The notes: generated from the sequence alone by a model not told the origin. Shown: positions 11,221-24,844, counted from the first letter of the stretch. The stretch: DNA of 64,000 nucleotides from Eledone cirrhosa (GCA_964016885.1 OZ024741.1:65534001-65598000); one strand, 5' to 3'. A program made the numbers and translations.

Positions 11221-14200
11221 GGTTTATACCCCATCCCTGTACCACCCACAGCTCCACTGTCTATGTGAAGGGTTTATACCCCTTCCCTGTACCACCCACA
11301 GCTCCACTGTCTATGTGAAGGGTTTATACCCCATCCCTGTACCACCCACAGCTCCACTGTCTCTGTGAAGGGTTTATACCCCATCCCTGTACCACCCACA
11401 GCTCCACTGTCTCTGTGAAGGGTTTATACCCCATCCCTGTACCACCCACAGCTGCACTGTCTATGTGAAGGGTTTATACCCCATCCCTGTACCACCCACA
11501 GCTCCACTGTCTATGTGAAGGGTTTATACCCCATCCCTGTACCACCCACAGCTCCACTGTCTATGTGAAGGGTTTATACCCCATCCCTGTACCACCCACA
11601 GCTCCACTGTCTATGTGAAGGGTTTATACCCCTTCCCTGTACCACCCACAGCTCCACTGTCTATGTGAAGGGTTTATACCCCATCCCTGTACCACCCACA
11701 GCTCCACTGTCTATGTGAAGGGTTTATACCCCATCCCTGTACCACCCACAGCTGCACTGTCTATGTGAAGGGTTTATACCCCTTCCCTGTACCACCCACA
11801 GCTGCACTGTCTATGTGAAGGGTTTATACCCCATCCCTGTACCACCCACAGCTCCACTGTCTATGTGAAGGGTTTATACCCCATCCCTGTACCACCCACA
11901 GCTCCACTGTCTATGTGAAGGGTTTATACCCCATCCCTGTACCACCCACAGCTCCACTGTCTATGTGAAGGGTTTATACCCCTTCCCTGTACCACCCACA
12001 GCTCCACTGTCTATGTGAAGGGTTTATACCCCATCCCTGTACCACCCACAGCTCCACTGTCTATGTGAAGGGTTTATACCCCATCCCTGTACCACCCACA
12101 GCTGCACTGTCTATGTGAAGGGTTTATACCCCTTCCCTGTACCACCCACAGCTGCACTGTCTATGTGAAGGGTTTATACCCCATCCCTGTACCACCCACA
12201 GCTCCACTGTCTATGTGAAGGGTTTATTCCCCATCCCTGTACCACCCACAGCTGCACTGTCTATGTGAAGGGTTTATACCCCTTCCCTGTACCACCCACA
12301 GCTGCACTGTCTATGTGAAGGGTTTATACCCCATCCCTGTACCACCCACAGCTCCACTGTCTATGTGAAGGGTTTATACCCCTTCCCTGTACCACCCACA
12401 GCTGCACTGTCTATGTGAAGGGTTTATACCCCATCCCTGTACCACCCACAGCTCCACTGTCTCTGTGAAGGGTTTATACCCCATCCCTGTACCACCCACA
12501 GCTGCACTGTCTATGTGAAGGGTTTATACCCCATCCCTGTACCACCCACAGCTCCACTGTCTATGTGAAGGGTTTATACCCCATCCCTGTACCACCCACA
12601 GCTCCACTGTCTATGTGAAGGGTTTATACCCCATCCCTGTACCACCCACAGCTCCACTGTCTATGTGAAGGGTTTATTCCCCATCCCTATACCACCCACA
12701 GCTCCACTGTCTATGTGAAGGGTTTATACCCCATCCCTGTACCACCCACAGCTGCACTGTCTATGTGAAGGGTTTATACCCCATCCCTGTACCACCCACA
12801 GCTCCACTGTCTATGTGAAGGGTTTATACCCCTTCCCTGTACCACCCACAGCTCCACTGTCTATGTGAAGGGTTTATACCCCATCCCTGTACCACCCACA
12901 GCTCCACTGTCTATGTGAAGGGTTTATACCCCATCCCTGTACCACCCACAGCTGCACTGTCTATGTGAAGGGTTTATACCCCATCCCTGTACCACCCACA
13001 GCTGCACTGTCTATGTGAAGGGTTTATACCCCTTCCCTGTACCACCCACAGCTGCACTGTCTATGTGAAGGGTTTATTCCCCATCCCTGTACCACCCACA
13101 GCTGCACTGTCTATGTGAAGGGTTTATACCCCTTCCCTGTACCACCCACAGCTGCACTGTCTATGTGAAGGGTTTATACCCCATCCCTGTACCACCCACA
13201 GCTGCACTGTCTATGTGAAGGGTTTATACCCCTTCCCTGTACCACCCACAGCTCCACTGTCTATGTGAAGGGTTTATTCCCCATCCCTGTACCACCCACA
13301 GCTGCACTGTCTATGTGAAGGGTTTATACCCCTTCCCTGTACCACCCACAGCTGCACTGTCTATGTGAAGGGTTTATACCCCATCCCTGTACCACCCACA
13401 GCTCCACTGTCTATGTGAAGGGTTTATACCCCTTCCCTGTACCACCCACAGCTGCACTGTCTATGTGAAGGGTTTATACCCCATCCCTGTACCACCCACA
13501 GCTCCACTGTCTCTGTGAAGGGTTTATACCCCATCCCTGTACCACCCACAGCTGCACTGTCTATGTGAAGGGTTTATACCCCATCCCTGTACCACCCACA
13601 GCTCCACTGTCTATGTGAAGGGTTTATACCCCATCCCTGTACCACCCACAGCTCCACTGTCTATGTGAAGGGTTTATACCCCATCCCTGTACCACCCACA
13701 GCTCCACTGTCTATGTGAAGGGTTTATTCCCCATCCCTATACCACCCACAGCTCCACTGTCTATGTGAAGGGTTTATACCCCATCCCTGTACCACCCACA
13801 GCTGCACTGTCTATGTGAAGGGTTTATACCCCATCCCTGTACCACCCACAGCTCCACTGTCTATGTGAAGGGTTTATACCCCTTCCCTGTACCACCCACA
13901 GCTCCACTGTCTATGTGAAGGGTTTATACCCCATCCCTGTACCACCCACAGCTCCACTGTCTATGTGAAGGGTTTATACCCCATCCCTGTACCACCCACA
14001 GCTGCACTGTCTATGTGAAGGGTTTATACCCCTTCCCTGTACCACCCACAGCTGCACTGTCTATGTGAAGGGTTTATACCCCATCCCTGTACCACCCACA
14101 GCTGCACTGTCTATGTGAAGGGTTTATACCCCATCCCTGTACCACCCACAGCTCCACTGTCTATGTGAAGGGTTTATACCCCATCCCTGTACCACCCACA

Positions 14201-15870
14201 GCTGCACTGTCTATGTGAAGGGTTTATACCCCATCCCTGTACCACCCACAGCTCCACTGTCTATGTGAAGGGTTTATACCCCATCCCTGTACCACCCACA
14301 GCTGCACTGTCTATGTGAAGGGTTTATACCCCATCCCTGTACCACCCACAGCTCCACTGTCTATGTGAAGGGTTTATACCCCATCCCTGTACCACCCACA
14401 GCTCCACTGTCTATGTGAAGGGTTTATACCCCTTCCCTGTACCACCCACAGTTCCACTGTCTATGTGAAGGGTTTATACCCCATCCCTGTACCACCCACA
14501 GCTCCACTGTCTATGTGAAGGGTTTATACCCCTTCCCTGTACCACCCACAGCTGCACTGTCTATGTGAAGGGTTTATACCCCATCCCTGTACCACCCACA
14601 GCTCCACTGTCTCTGTGAAGGGTTTATACCCCATCCCTGTACCACCCACAGCTGCACTGTCTATGTGAAGGGTTTATACCCCATCCCTGTACCACCCACA
14701 GCTCCACTGTCTATGTGAAGGGTTTATACCCCATCCCTGTACCACCCACAGCTCCACTGTCTATGTGAAGGGTTTATACCCCATCCCTGTACCACCCACA
14801 GCTCCACTGTCTATGTGAAGGGTTTATACCCCTTCCCTGTACCACCCACAGCTCCACTGTCTATGTGAAGGGTTTATACCCCATCCCTGTACCACCCACA
14901 GCTCCACTGTCTATGTGAAGGGTTTATACCCCATCCCTGTACCACCCACAGCTGCACTGTCTATGTGAAGGGTTTATACCCCATCCCTGTACCACCCACA
15001 GCTCCACTGTCTATGTGAAGGGTTTATACCCCATCCCTGTACCACCCACAGCTCCACTGTCTATGTGAAGGGTTTATACCCCATCCCTGTACCACCCACA
15101 GCTGCACTGTCTATGTGAAGGGTTTATACCCCATCCCTGTACCACCCACAGCTGCACTGTCTATGTGAAGGGTTTATACCCCTTCCCTGTACCACCCACA
15201 GCTGCACTGTCTATGTGAAGGGTTTATACCCCATCCCTGTACCACCCACAGCTCCACTGTCTATGTGAAGGGTTTATACCCCATCCCTGTACCACCCACA
15301 GCTGCACTGTCTATGTGAAGGGTTTATACCCCATCCCTGTACCACCCACAGCTCCACTGTCTATGTGAAGGGTTTATACCCCATCCCTGTACCACCCACA
15401 GCTCCACTGTCTATGTGAAGGGTTTATACCCCTTCCCTGTACCACCCACAGTTCCACTGTCTATGTGAAGGGTTTATACCCCTTCCCTGTACCACCCACA
15501 GCTCCACTGTCTATGTGAAGGGTTTATACCCCATCCCTGTACCACCCACAGCTCCACTGTCTATGTGAAGGGTTTATACCCCTTCCCTGTACCACCCACA
15601 GTTCCACTGTCTATGTGAAGGGTTTATACCCCATCCCTGTACCACCCACAGCTCCACTGTCTATGTGAAGGGTTTATACCCCATCCCTGTACCACCCACA
15701 GCTCCACTGTCTATGTGAAGGGTTTATACCCCTTCCCTGTACCACCCACAGCTCCACTGTCTATGTGAAGGGTTTATACCCCATCCCTGTACCACCCACA
15801 GCTCCACTGTCTATGTGAAGGGTTTATACCCCTTCCCTGTACCACCCACAGTTCCACTGTCTATGATGAA
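11221..15870. repeat. Minisatellite, 50-bp unit, ~93 copies
   Basis: Unit GGTTTATACCCCATCCCTGTACCACCCACAGCTCCACTGTCTATGTGAAG with a few recurrent variant positions. Confidence 0.99.
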
Positions 15871-16074
15871 GGTTGGAATAGAATCCTTTTGATCATACAT
15901 CTGCCTGGTAAGAGTTGATGTGGGGTTATATAACAACAGTATAAAGAAAAGTAGGATGGTCACAGCTGGAACACCTTTGATATTAAGGGTACACTATCAG
16001 GGTTGACCTGGGGTTAGTATTCAACATCATCAACAGTAAATGTCTTATGTTTTTGTATTCAATCATTTATTTAG

Positions 16075-16139
16075 GAACTGTCTAGTTTGTTGTTGGCAGC
16101 AAACCAGAAACTGATTAAGTATAACCATCTTAGTTTACA
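16075..16139 (+). CDS. Candidate host-gene exon (ELSSLLLAANQKLIKYNHLSL)
   Basis: T-rich tract ending atttatttag|, consensus donor CA|gtaagt, and an open frame in non-repeat sequence. Confidence 0.45.
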
Positions 16140-16574
16140 GTAAGTGATATGTATGTGTGTATATGTATGTATGTGTGTGTGTGTATATATGTATGTATTT
16201 ATGTACGTATGTATGTATGCATGTATGTATGTATGTGTGTGTGTGTGAATGTATGTATTATGTATGTGTGTAGATCATGTATGTATGTATGTATATTGTA
16301 TGTATATGTATGTATGTATAATGTATGTATCTATGTGTGTGTGTGTTTGTATGTATGTATATGTATTATGTGTGTATATGTATGTATCTATGTATGTATC
16401 TATGTATGTATGTATTTATATGTAAGTATGTATACATATTAATTTACCAATTAACCCGTTTACATACAAATCCAGACAGTTAATTTATTTCAAATCAAAC
16501 ACATCTTAATCATGAATTTGTTTTTGTACATTTCTATATAACATACATACATCTGATTATCTCAATTAAGAAGC

Positions 16575-16892
16575 ACCACCACCACTACACTCCACCACAC
16601 CAACACCACCACTACCACCACTACACTCCACCACCACCACCACTACCACCACTATCACCACCACCACTGTCACCGCCACCACCACCATCACCACCAACTC
16701 CACTACCATCACCACCACCATCACCACCACTACCCCACCACCACTACTACCACCACCACCACACCACTACCCCACCACCACCACCACCAACACCACCACC
16801 ACTACCCCACCACCACCACCACTACCACCACCACCACCACCACCATCATCATCATCACCATCCCTTCTTCCTCCTCCTCATCACCATCATCA
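16575..16892. repeat. Degenerate (CAC/CAT)n microsatellite
   Basis: Read directly from the sequence. Confidence 0.95.
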
Positions 16893-16940
16893 AATATATT
16901 ATCTACATTACTGAAGAGATGATTCACGGTCCTAATGATT

Positions 16941-17418
16941 GGTTAGGGTTAGGGTAGACTTGCCACTGTAGAAAAGGATTGTCTGCCAGTAGAAGGACAG
17001 GGTTAGGGTCAGCGTAGACTTGCCACTGTAGAAAAGGATTGTCTGCCAGTAGAAGGACAGGGTTAGGGTTAGGGTAGACTTGCCACTGTAGAAAAAGATT
17101 GTCTGCCAGTAGAAGGACAGGGTTAGGGTTAGGGTAGACTTGCCACTGTAGAAAAGGATTGTCTGCCAGTAGAAGGACAGGGTTAGGGTCAGCGTAGACT
17201 TGCCACTGTAGAAAAGGATTGTCTGCCAGTAGAAGGACAGGGTTAGGGTCAGCGTAGACTTGCCACTGTAGAAAAGGATTGTCTGCCAGTAGAAGGACAG
17301 GGTTAGGGTTAGCGTAGACTTGCCACTGTAGAAAAAGATTGTCTGCCAGTAGAAGGACAGGGTTAGGGTCAGCGTAGACTTGCCACTGTAGAAAAGGATT
17401 GTTTACCAGTAGGACAGG
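16941..17418. repeat. Minisatellite, 60-bp unit (~8 copies), containing TTAGGG telomeric motifs
   Basis: Unit GGTTAGGGTTAGGGTAGACTTGCCACTGTAGAAAAGGATTGTCTGCCAGTAGAAGGACAG, with variants. Confidence 0.97.
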
Positions 17419-18360
17419 CAGTTTTAAAAGTAAATATGGCGAGAAAAGCATGAAATAGAGCAGACGATATGACACCCACTTCAGTACAGGTGTCATTATG
17501 GAATGTATTGAGTACCCATGTAAAGTGTTTGACAAACAAGCTGGGACAATGTAGGATCATATGGACCCTTTGGTTTTGTTGCAGACTTGACAATCTTTCT
17601 TGTGATGGTACCACAAAAAAGAAAAAATGACCCAATGTACTCTGTAAAGTGTTTGGTGATTGAACAGAAATAGTGAATGGCAGTGAGGACTCTTCAGTCT
17701 TGCTGAATAGATGATATCCTCTCTAGTGTTGACATCATGATAAAATGTACCCATTCTGCCCTGAAAAGTGGTTGGTATTAGGAGGGGTTTCCAACCATAG
17801 GATTCATACCAAAGTAAAGAGTTTATGACCATGTCATGGTCATCTGATCTATTATGTCTCACATAAATCTATAGGTTAAAAAATATCAGGAAAGAATCGC
17901 TGAACAGATTTTACAGGCAAAACCAACTGGCAGGAGACCTCGAGCAAGATGTTTGGATAACTTCCATGAACTTGGCTAGTCACGCTTGGGGATCCAGCTG
18001 GATCAGTTGGAGACAGTTGCTTCTGATAGGACCCACTGGAAGGCATATTTGAGGACTCAACCCCCACAACCCTCCCAGGAATAAGTGGCGAAGAAGAAGA
18101 CTACCCATATAATCTATGACAGCATAGAAAACAAATGTAATATAACGAGAATGATGTTAATGATGATGATGAGTGAAGTCATCCAAAACTAATTAACGTT
18201 AGCATTTGTTTTTAATTGCAACAGATAAGACTGTATTTACCATCGTAAAAATATATCAGCTAAACTGAAGAAATGACTTTAAGTAAATATTTCAGTAAAC
18301 ATAATGAAGTTGTGTACAGAATTTTTTTCTGTAACAAACCAATTTAATTACACTACACTA

Positions 18361-18699
18361 TGGAGGCACATGGCTTAGTGGTTAGAGCATTGGCCTTGCA
18401 ATCGAAAGGTTGTGAGTTCAATTCTCAGACCGTGTGATGTGTTGTTTCATTGAGCAAGACACTTTATTTCACATTGCTCCAGTTTACTCAGCTGTAGAAA
18501 TGAGATGATAGGGACTGGGATCCCTATCATTCCACTGCAAAATGGTCGTGGAGGTGCCACGGCAAAAAACCACCCAGTACTCACTGTAAATGAAGTTGGT
18601 GTTAGGAAGGGCATCCAGCTGTAGAAATCAAGCCAGAATCAGTTCCCGTCCCACCCTTGCAAGCAGGGAAAAAGCGGACGTAAAATGAAATGATGATGA
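18361..18699 (+). mobile_element. tRNA-derived SINE family T, complete head
   Basis: A-box TGGCTTAGTGG, anticodon-like loop TTGCAAT, B-box GAGTTCAATTC, RTE-like 3' end and (GAT)n tail. Confidence 0.88.
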
Positions 18700-18775
18700 C
18701 ACTATACCATGTAGACAAGCTATAGTAAGTCTCTCTCTCTCACATACACATACACATATGTATGTATATATATAT

Positions 18776-21700
18776 CATCATCATCATCATCATCACCGTT
18801 TTACGTCCGTTCTTCCACGCTAGCATGGGTTAGACGGGTTGTCCTGTTGTGGGCAGTGTCTGGTCGGCTGACCATGCCTTGCTCATACAGGAACTGATCT
18901 GGCTTGATTTCTACAGCTGGATGCCCTTCCTAACACCAACCTCATTTACAGTGAGTGCTGGGTGCTTTTTCGTGGCGCCTACACGTCCACTTTACAGTGT
19001 GGGCTGGGTGCTTTTTTGCCGTGGCACCTCCACGACCACCTTGCGGTGGGGGGGGGGGGGGCATATTGTTTATATGCTTCAGCATGTACCCATGGGAGGT
19101 CGGGTACCCTGTATTACTGCGTGACGCCAGAAGTCACGGTCGTGTGTCATTGACTTTGAGAGGTGTAGTTGGGTAAGGTCGGCTTTTATCACCTCATCCC
19201 AAGTCATCTTGGGTCTCCCCACTCCGCGGTTTCCATCAACTTCTAGTGCTCTGCACCTTTTTATGCAGCTGTCATCCTTCATACGCATCACATGTCCATA
19301 CCAGCGTAACCGCCTCTCCTGCACGCAGCATTTGATTCCTCTTATGCTCAGTCTCTCTCTCAATTCATTTATGCTTTGTCGTTCACGTATATTACTGTTA
19401 CACATCCATCGGAGCATGCAGGCTTCGTTTCTCTCTAATCTACGTAAGTCTTCCACCTTCAGCGCCCAGGTCTCACTACCATGCAACATCGCTGTTCGGA
19501 TACACGCATCATACAGTCTGCCTTTCATTCTGAGGGAGAAGCCTTTTGCAGCTAGCAGTGGTAGTAGTTCCCTAAACTTCTTCCATCCCGTTCTTACCCT
19601 AGTTATTGTACTTTCTGAGCACCCACCTCCGTTGCTAATTCGGTCACCTAGGTAGCAGAAGCTGTCTACTGTTTCTACAGGGCCCTCCCAGAGATTGGTG
19701 GTACTTGTTTCCTGTGGCTGTTTGCTTGCTGTTTCAGCACAGCTGCTGCATGTGAATCCTACATTCTTAATTAAGCTTCCTGAGATCCCGCTACATCTCT
19801 TGTGTACCCATTGTTTGCATTTGGGGCAAAGAATGGAGTTCCTACCTACACCTTTCCTACATACTGAGCAAGGCCATTTCCCTGAGGGGATCTGGGTTCT
19901 GTTTTCTCGTCTACTTATAAGGACCTTAGTCTTTGTCATGTTGACTTTGAGGCCCTTTCTCTCTAGTCCCTGCTTCCAGGTTTGGAATTTATTCTCTAGT
20001 TCTACCATAGATTCAGCTATGAGTGCGAGGTCATCAGCATACAGGAGTTCCCATGGGCATCCGGTCTTAAACTCCTCCGTTATTGCCTGCAGGACTATGA
20101 TGAACAGGAGAGGGCTAAGAACAGAGCCCTGGTGGACCCCAACCTGTACGCTAAATTCCTCGCTATACTCATTGCCAATCCTAACTTTGCTGACTGCTCC
20201 CCTATACATGGCTTGTACCGCTTTCACAAGCCATTCATCTACTCCTAGTTTTCTAAGAGCCCACCAGATTACTGCACGTGGAACTCTGTCAAAGGCTTTC
20301 TCAAGGTCGACAAATGCCAAGTAGAGTGGCTTACTTTTAGCTAGGTACTTTTCCTGTAATTGCCTCACAAGGAAGAGCGCATCAGTGGTGCCTTTCCCTG
20401 GAACAAACCCAAATTGCATCTCGTCTATATTCACCCGGTCCCTAATCAGCTGTGCTATAACTCTTTCTGTTACTTTCATGACCTGGTCCATCAACTTTAT
20501 ACCTCTATAGTTTCCTCTATCTAGTGCATCGCCTTTACCTTTGTAGCAGTTGACAATGATGCTACTGCACCAATCTTTTGGTATGGCCCCCTCTAGTATT
20601 ACCTGGTTAACGATACGTGTGGTTATAGTGTGACCTACAGACCCAGATGCCTTCAGCATCTCGGCAGCTATACCCGATGGACCGGTTGCCTTCCCTATCT
20701 TCATATCTCTGATTGCCTTACTTACTACGCTGCCGCTGACTTGTACTGCTGGTCCCTCTATAGGGTCTACGTGGGGTAGGGTCTCTTCTTCCCATGCATT
20801 CTCCTCATTTAGTAATCTATCATAATGACTCTTCCATGCATCTTTCTTCTCAGCACTTGTGAGGGCAAGCTCACCTTTATCATTCCGGATACACTTCTCT
20901 CCAATGACATCACAACTATCTCTGACACACTGCCTCGCAATCTTGAATACCTCCTGTTTCTGGTCCTCACGTTGTAAAACATGCTTGAATTTTCTATCCT
21001 CTGCTTCCCTCCTAGCTAAGTATACTTGTCGCCTAGCTTCCCTCTTGGTCTCTATGTAATGTACCCTGCTCCCCCCGTTCTTCCATTCTTTCCATGCCTG
21101 TCTCTTGGCCTTGACTGCTTCATCTACCTTATTGTTCCACCACCAAGTCACTCTCCTCCTGCTTGAGGTCTTACTCCAGCCACAAACCTCATCCGTCGCC
21201 TCTAGTAAGTTATTTTTTAGGAACTCCCAGTTCTCTTCTACGTTAAATGTCTCTATCTGTTCTTCTTTACTGTCGTAGGCGTTGAGTAAAATATCTTTAA
21301 ATCTGTTACTGGTTGAGGGGACTTTCAGCTTCCAGATCTTTCTTCTCCAGGTTGGCCTCTGTTTCAGGGCTCGTCTAGTTCTGACCGTGAGGTCGCTGAC
21401 AACTAAGCTATGTTGGGATGTACATTCCTCACTAGGGAAGGCTTTTGTGTTTACGACCGTCCATCTGTCACGTCCTCTGATGAGAATAAAATCTAACTGA
21501 CTAGAGTGCTCCCCTGATCTATAGGTGATCAGGTGGTTGTCGGGTTTTTTAAAGTTTGTGTTACATATCGACATGTCATTGGCGTCGCAGAATTCTAGAA
21601 GTCTGAATCCTTCCTCATTCCTTGTGCCAACTCCATGGCCTCCATGTACTCTATTGAAGCCGTCGCAGTGTTTACCTACGTGTCCGTTAAAATCTCCTGC

Positions 21701-22143
21701 AATGATTAGGAAGTCCTTGTCGTCTGTTAGAGCAGTAGTGTGTATTAGGGACTCGTAAAACCTATCCTTAAGTTCGTCTGGCAGCCCCGATTGGGGTGCG
21801 TAAGCTGATATTATTGTGGTAATTGTCTTATTCAGGACTAGTCTGAGTTTAATGATTCTTGCATTTACCCTGTACACTGAGATTACTTTATCTACCCACT
21901 TGTCAGCTAATAGTATACCTACACCACCCATCCCATCGTCGTTTCCCACCCAGAAAAATTTGTAGCACTGGCTTTTTCCTACAAGGACTCTAGCAGACCC
22001 TCCTCTCCATCTAGTCTCTTGCACACAGCATACATCAACTTCCTTTCGCTCTAGCATTTCTACGATTTCTCCTGCTCTTCCTTTCATTGAGCCTACATTG
22101 ATGGTACCAACTCGGAGTTTTGGGCATTTGTCGACACTCGTCG
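18776..22143 (-). mobile_element. RTE-clade LINE (family A), nearly full length
   Basis: Uninterrupted APE+RT frame, 3' UTR and (GAT)n tail at 18776-18793. The 5' end abuts a TA/CA microsatellite. Confidence 0.95.
19079..22140 (-). CDS. APE endonuclease-reverse transcriptase polyprotein with a Cys-rich (PHD-like) module after the RT core
   Basis: GTINVG, VQETRW, AYAPQ, GDFNGH, LDFIL, SQHSLV (APE); [25 protein letters not shown] (RT); CSVC..CPKC..HKRC..CSSC. The first ~25 aa of the ORF-track protein are microsatellite-derived. Confidence 0.93.
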
Positions 22144-22567
22144 ATATATGTGTGTGTGTGTGTGTATACATATATATATATATATATACATATGTATATA
22201 TATATATATAATTATGCACATATATGTATACTTATGTATATATATATATATATATGTGTGTTTGTATATACATATGTGTATATATATATATGTATGTCTA
22301 TCATATCCACATATATATGTATGCATATGCAAATATATATGTGCATATATGTCTGTGTATGCATGTATGTATATGTATATGAATGTCTATACGTATATAC
22401 TTTTGTGTGTGTATCTTTGGGTTAAACGAGTTGTCCCATTGTGAGACAAGTCAGATCAGATGACTGTGTCTTATTCATGCAGAACTGATTCTGGCTTGGT
22501 TTCTACAGCTGGATGCCTTTCCTAATGCAAACAACATTTACAGTGTGGACTGGGTGCTTTTTGTCAT

Positions 22568-24735
22568 GTCATCATCATCATCATCATCATTGTTTAACGT
22601 CCATCTTACACGCTTGAATGGGTTTGGACGGGAGTTTTCCCACTTGAGGCAAGAGTGGTTGTCTTGCTCGTATAGGACTGTCTGGCGGGTTTTCTACGGC
22701 TGGATGCCCTTCCTAACACCAACCACGTTTACAGTGTGGACTGGGAGGTTTTTACCATGTTACCTACATGGCCACATTAAAGCGTGGACTGTGTGTTTTT
22801 TTTTGTCGTGACACCTACACGACCTCATTTGTTTCGGACTGGATGTTGTGGTACCAACATAACTTCACATTGAAGGGGGTGGTGTGGATGGGGTGGGGGT
22901 AGTGGGACGGGGGTGTATTTTTGTTAGAGGTGCCTACTGACTGTAGGTTTCGCTTTGTACTTAGGCAAGGTGGGTCTTCTGTATTACTGTGTGGCGCCAA
23001 ATATCTCGGTCCAGTGATATTGTCTTTGGAGAGGTGTAAGTGTGTGAGGTCGGAATTTATCAAGTCGTCCCAGGTTTTTCTGGGTCTGCCTACTCCGTGG
23101 CTACCATCTATTTTTATCGCCCTGCACTTTTTTTATACAGCTGTCGTCTTTCATGCGCATCACGTGACCGTACCAACGTAGTCTTCTCTCGAGTAAACAC
23201 CATCTGATCCCTCTTATTCCTAATTTCTCCCTTAGTTCGTTTATGCTTTGCCGTTCACGTATATTACTATTACACATCCAGTGGAGCATGCAAGCTTCGT
23301 TTCTCTCCAGTCTGCGTATATCCTCTGCACACAATGCCCAGGTCTCGCTGCCATGTAACATTGCTGTTCGTATGCAGGCATCATACAGCCTAACTTTCAT
23401 TTTTAGAGAGAACCCTTTAGCGGCCAATAGTGGTATAAGCTCTCTGAACTTTTTCCATCCCATTCTGACTCTAGCTACTGTACTTTCAGAGCACCCTCCC
23501 CCACTGCTGATTTTGTCACCCAGGTAACGGAAGGTGTCCACTATTTCTATAGAACCATCTGTGCAATGGAATGAGCTAGTATTCTGTGGGCACTTGCTGC
23601 TACTTATTGCACCAGAGCACCGGCCACATATAAAATCTATATTCTTAGTTAGCTTACCTGTAATCCCACTACATCTTTTATGCACCCATACTTTGCATTT
23701 GGGACATAAAATGGAGTTTCTGCCTACTCCTTTCCTGTACATTGAGCATGGCCATTTCCCAGATAGGACCGGTGCCCTATTTTCCTTCCTACAAACTAGA
23801 ACTTTAGTCTTAGACAAGTTAACTTTAAGGCCTTTTGATTCTAGGCCATGCTTCCATGATTGGAATTTCTTCTCTAGTTCAGCCATTGATTCAGCTATGA
23901 GCGTTAGATCATCTGCGTATAGGAGTTCCCATGGGCAGCCGGTCTTGAACTCCTCTGTTATAGCCTGAAGGACAATAATAAATAGTAGGGGGCTAAGAAT
24001 GGAGCCCTGATGAACACCAACTTTTACGCTAAACTCTTCACTATATTCGTTGTTAATTCTAACCTTGCTGACTGTTTCTTTATACATGGCTTGTATAGCT
24101 CTCACAAGCCATTCATCAACACCTAGTTTTCTAAGAGCCCACCAGATAATGGAGCGGGGAACTCTGTCAAAGGCTTTCTCCAAGTCCACAAAAGCTAAGT
24201 ATAGGGGTTTACTTTTAGCTAGGTACTTCTCCTGTAGTTGTCGTACAAGGAAAAGAGCATCTGTGGTACTTTTACCTGACACAAACCCGAACTGCATTTC
24301 ATCTAGATCAATTCTCTCTCTGATTAGTTGCACTATTACTTTTTCTGTGACCTTCATGACCTGGTCGATTAATTTAATGCCTCTATAGTTACCCCTATCT
24401 AGGGCATCTCCTTTACCCTTGTAGCAGTTAATGATGATGCTGCTACGCCACTCCTTCGGAACGACCCCATTCTGTATGACTTGGTTTGCTATCCGGGTGA
24501 CCATAGTGTGTCCCACCGTTCCAGATGCTTTCAGCATTTCAGCAACTATTTCTGAAGGCCCAGCCGCCTTACCCGTCTTCATATCTTTGATTGCCTTACT
24601 TATTATACTACCTTCAACTAGCACTGCTGGTCCCTCTATTGGATCGATGTGGGGGAGACTGTCTTTCTCCCATTTATTCTCCTCATTTAGTAGCCTTTCA
24701 TAGTGACACTTCCAAGCTACCTTCTTATCAGCGTC
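22568..24735 (-). mobile_element. RTE-clade LINE (family B), 5'-truncated
   Basis: 507-aa RT ORF at 23101-24624, homologous to family A, with a frameshift in the T-run near 23130. (GAT)n tail. Confidence 0.93.
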
Positions 24736-24844
24736 AGTGATGGCAAGTACACCAGTGATGGCAAGTACACCAGTGATGGCAAGTACACCAGTGATGGCAA
24801 GTACACCAGTGATGGCAAGTACACCAGTAATGGCAAGTACACCA
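24735..24844. repeat. 18-bp tandem repeat x6 at the LINE 5' junction
   Basis: Unit ACCAGTGATGGCAAGTAC. Confidence 0.95.

Noticed and set aside
11221-15870. CRISPR-like array
   Set aside because: Head-to-tail units with no unique spacers, in a eukaryotic context.
16924-17535. 203-aa ORF with 20-aa repeats
   Set aside because: It arises from a stop-free 60-bp minisatellite and has no independent coding evidence.
18361-18432. tRNA-Cys gene
   Set aside because: Poor acceptor stem, and it continues into the SINE body and LINE tail, so it is a SINE head.
19209-24703. Plus-strand ORFs overlapping the RTEs
   Set aside because: Antisense shadows of the RT ORFs.
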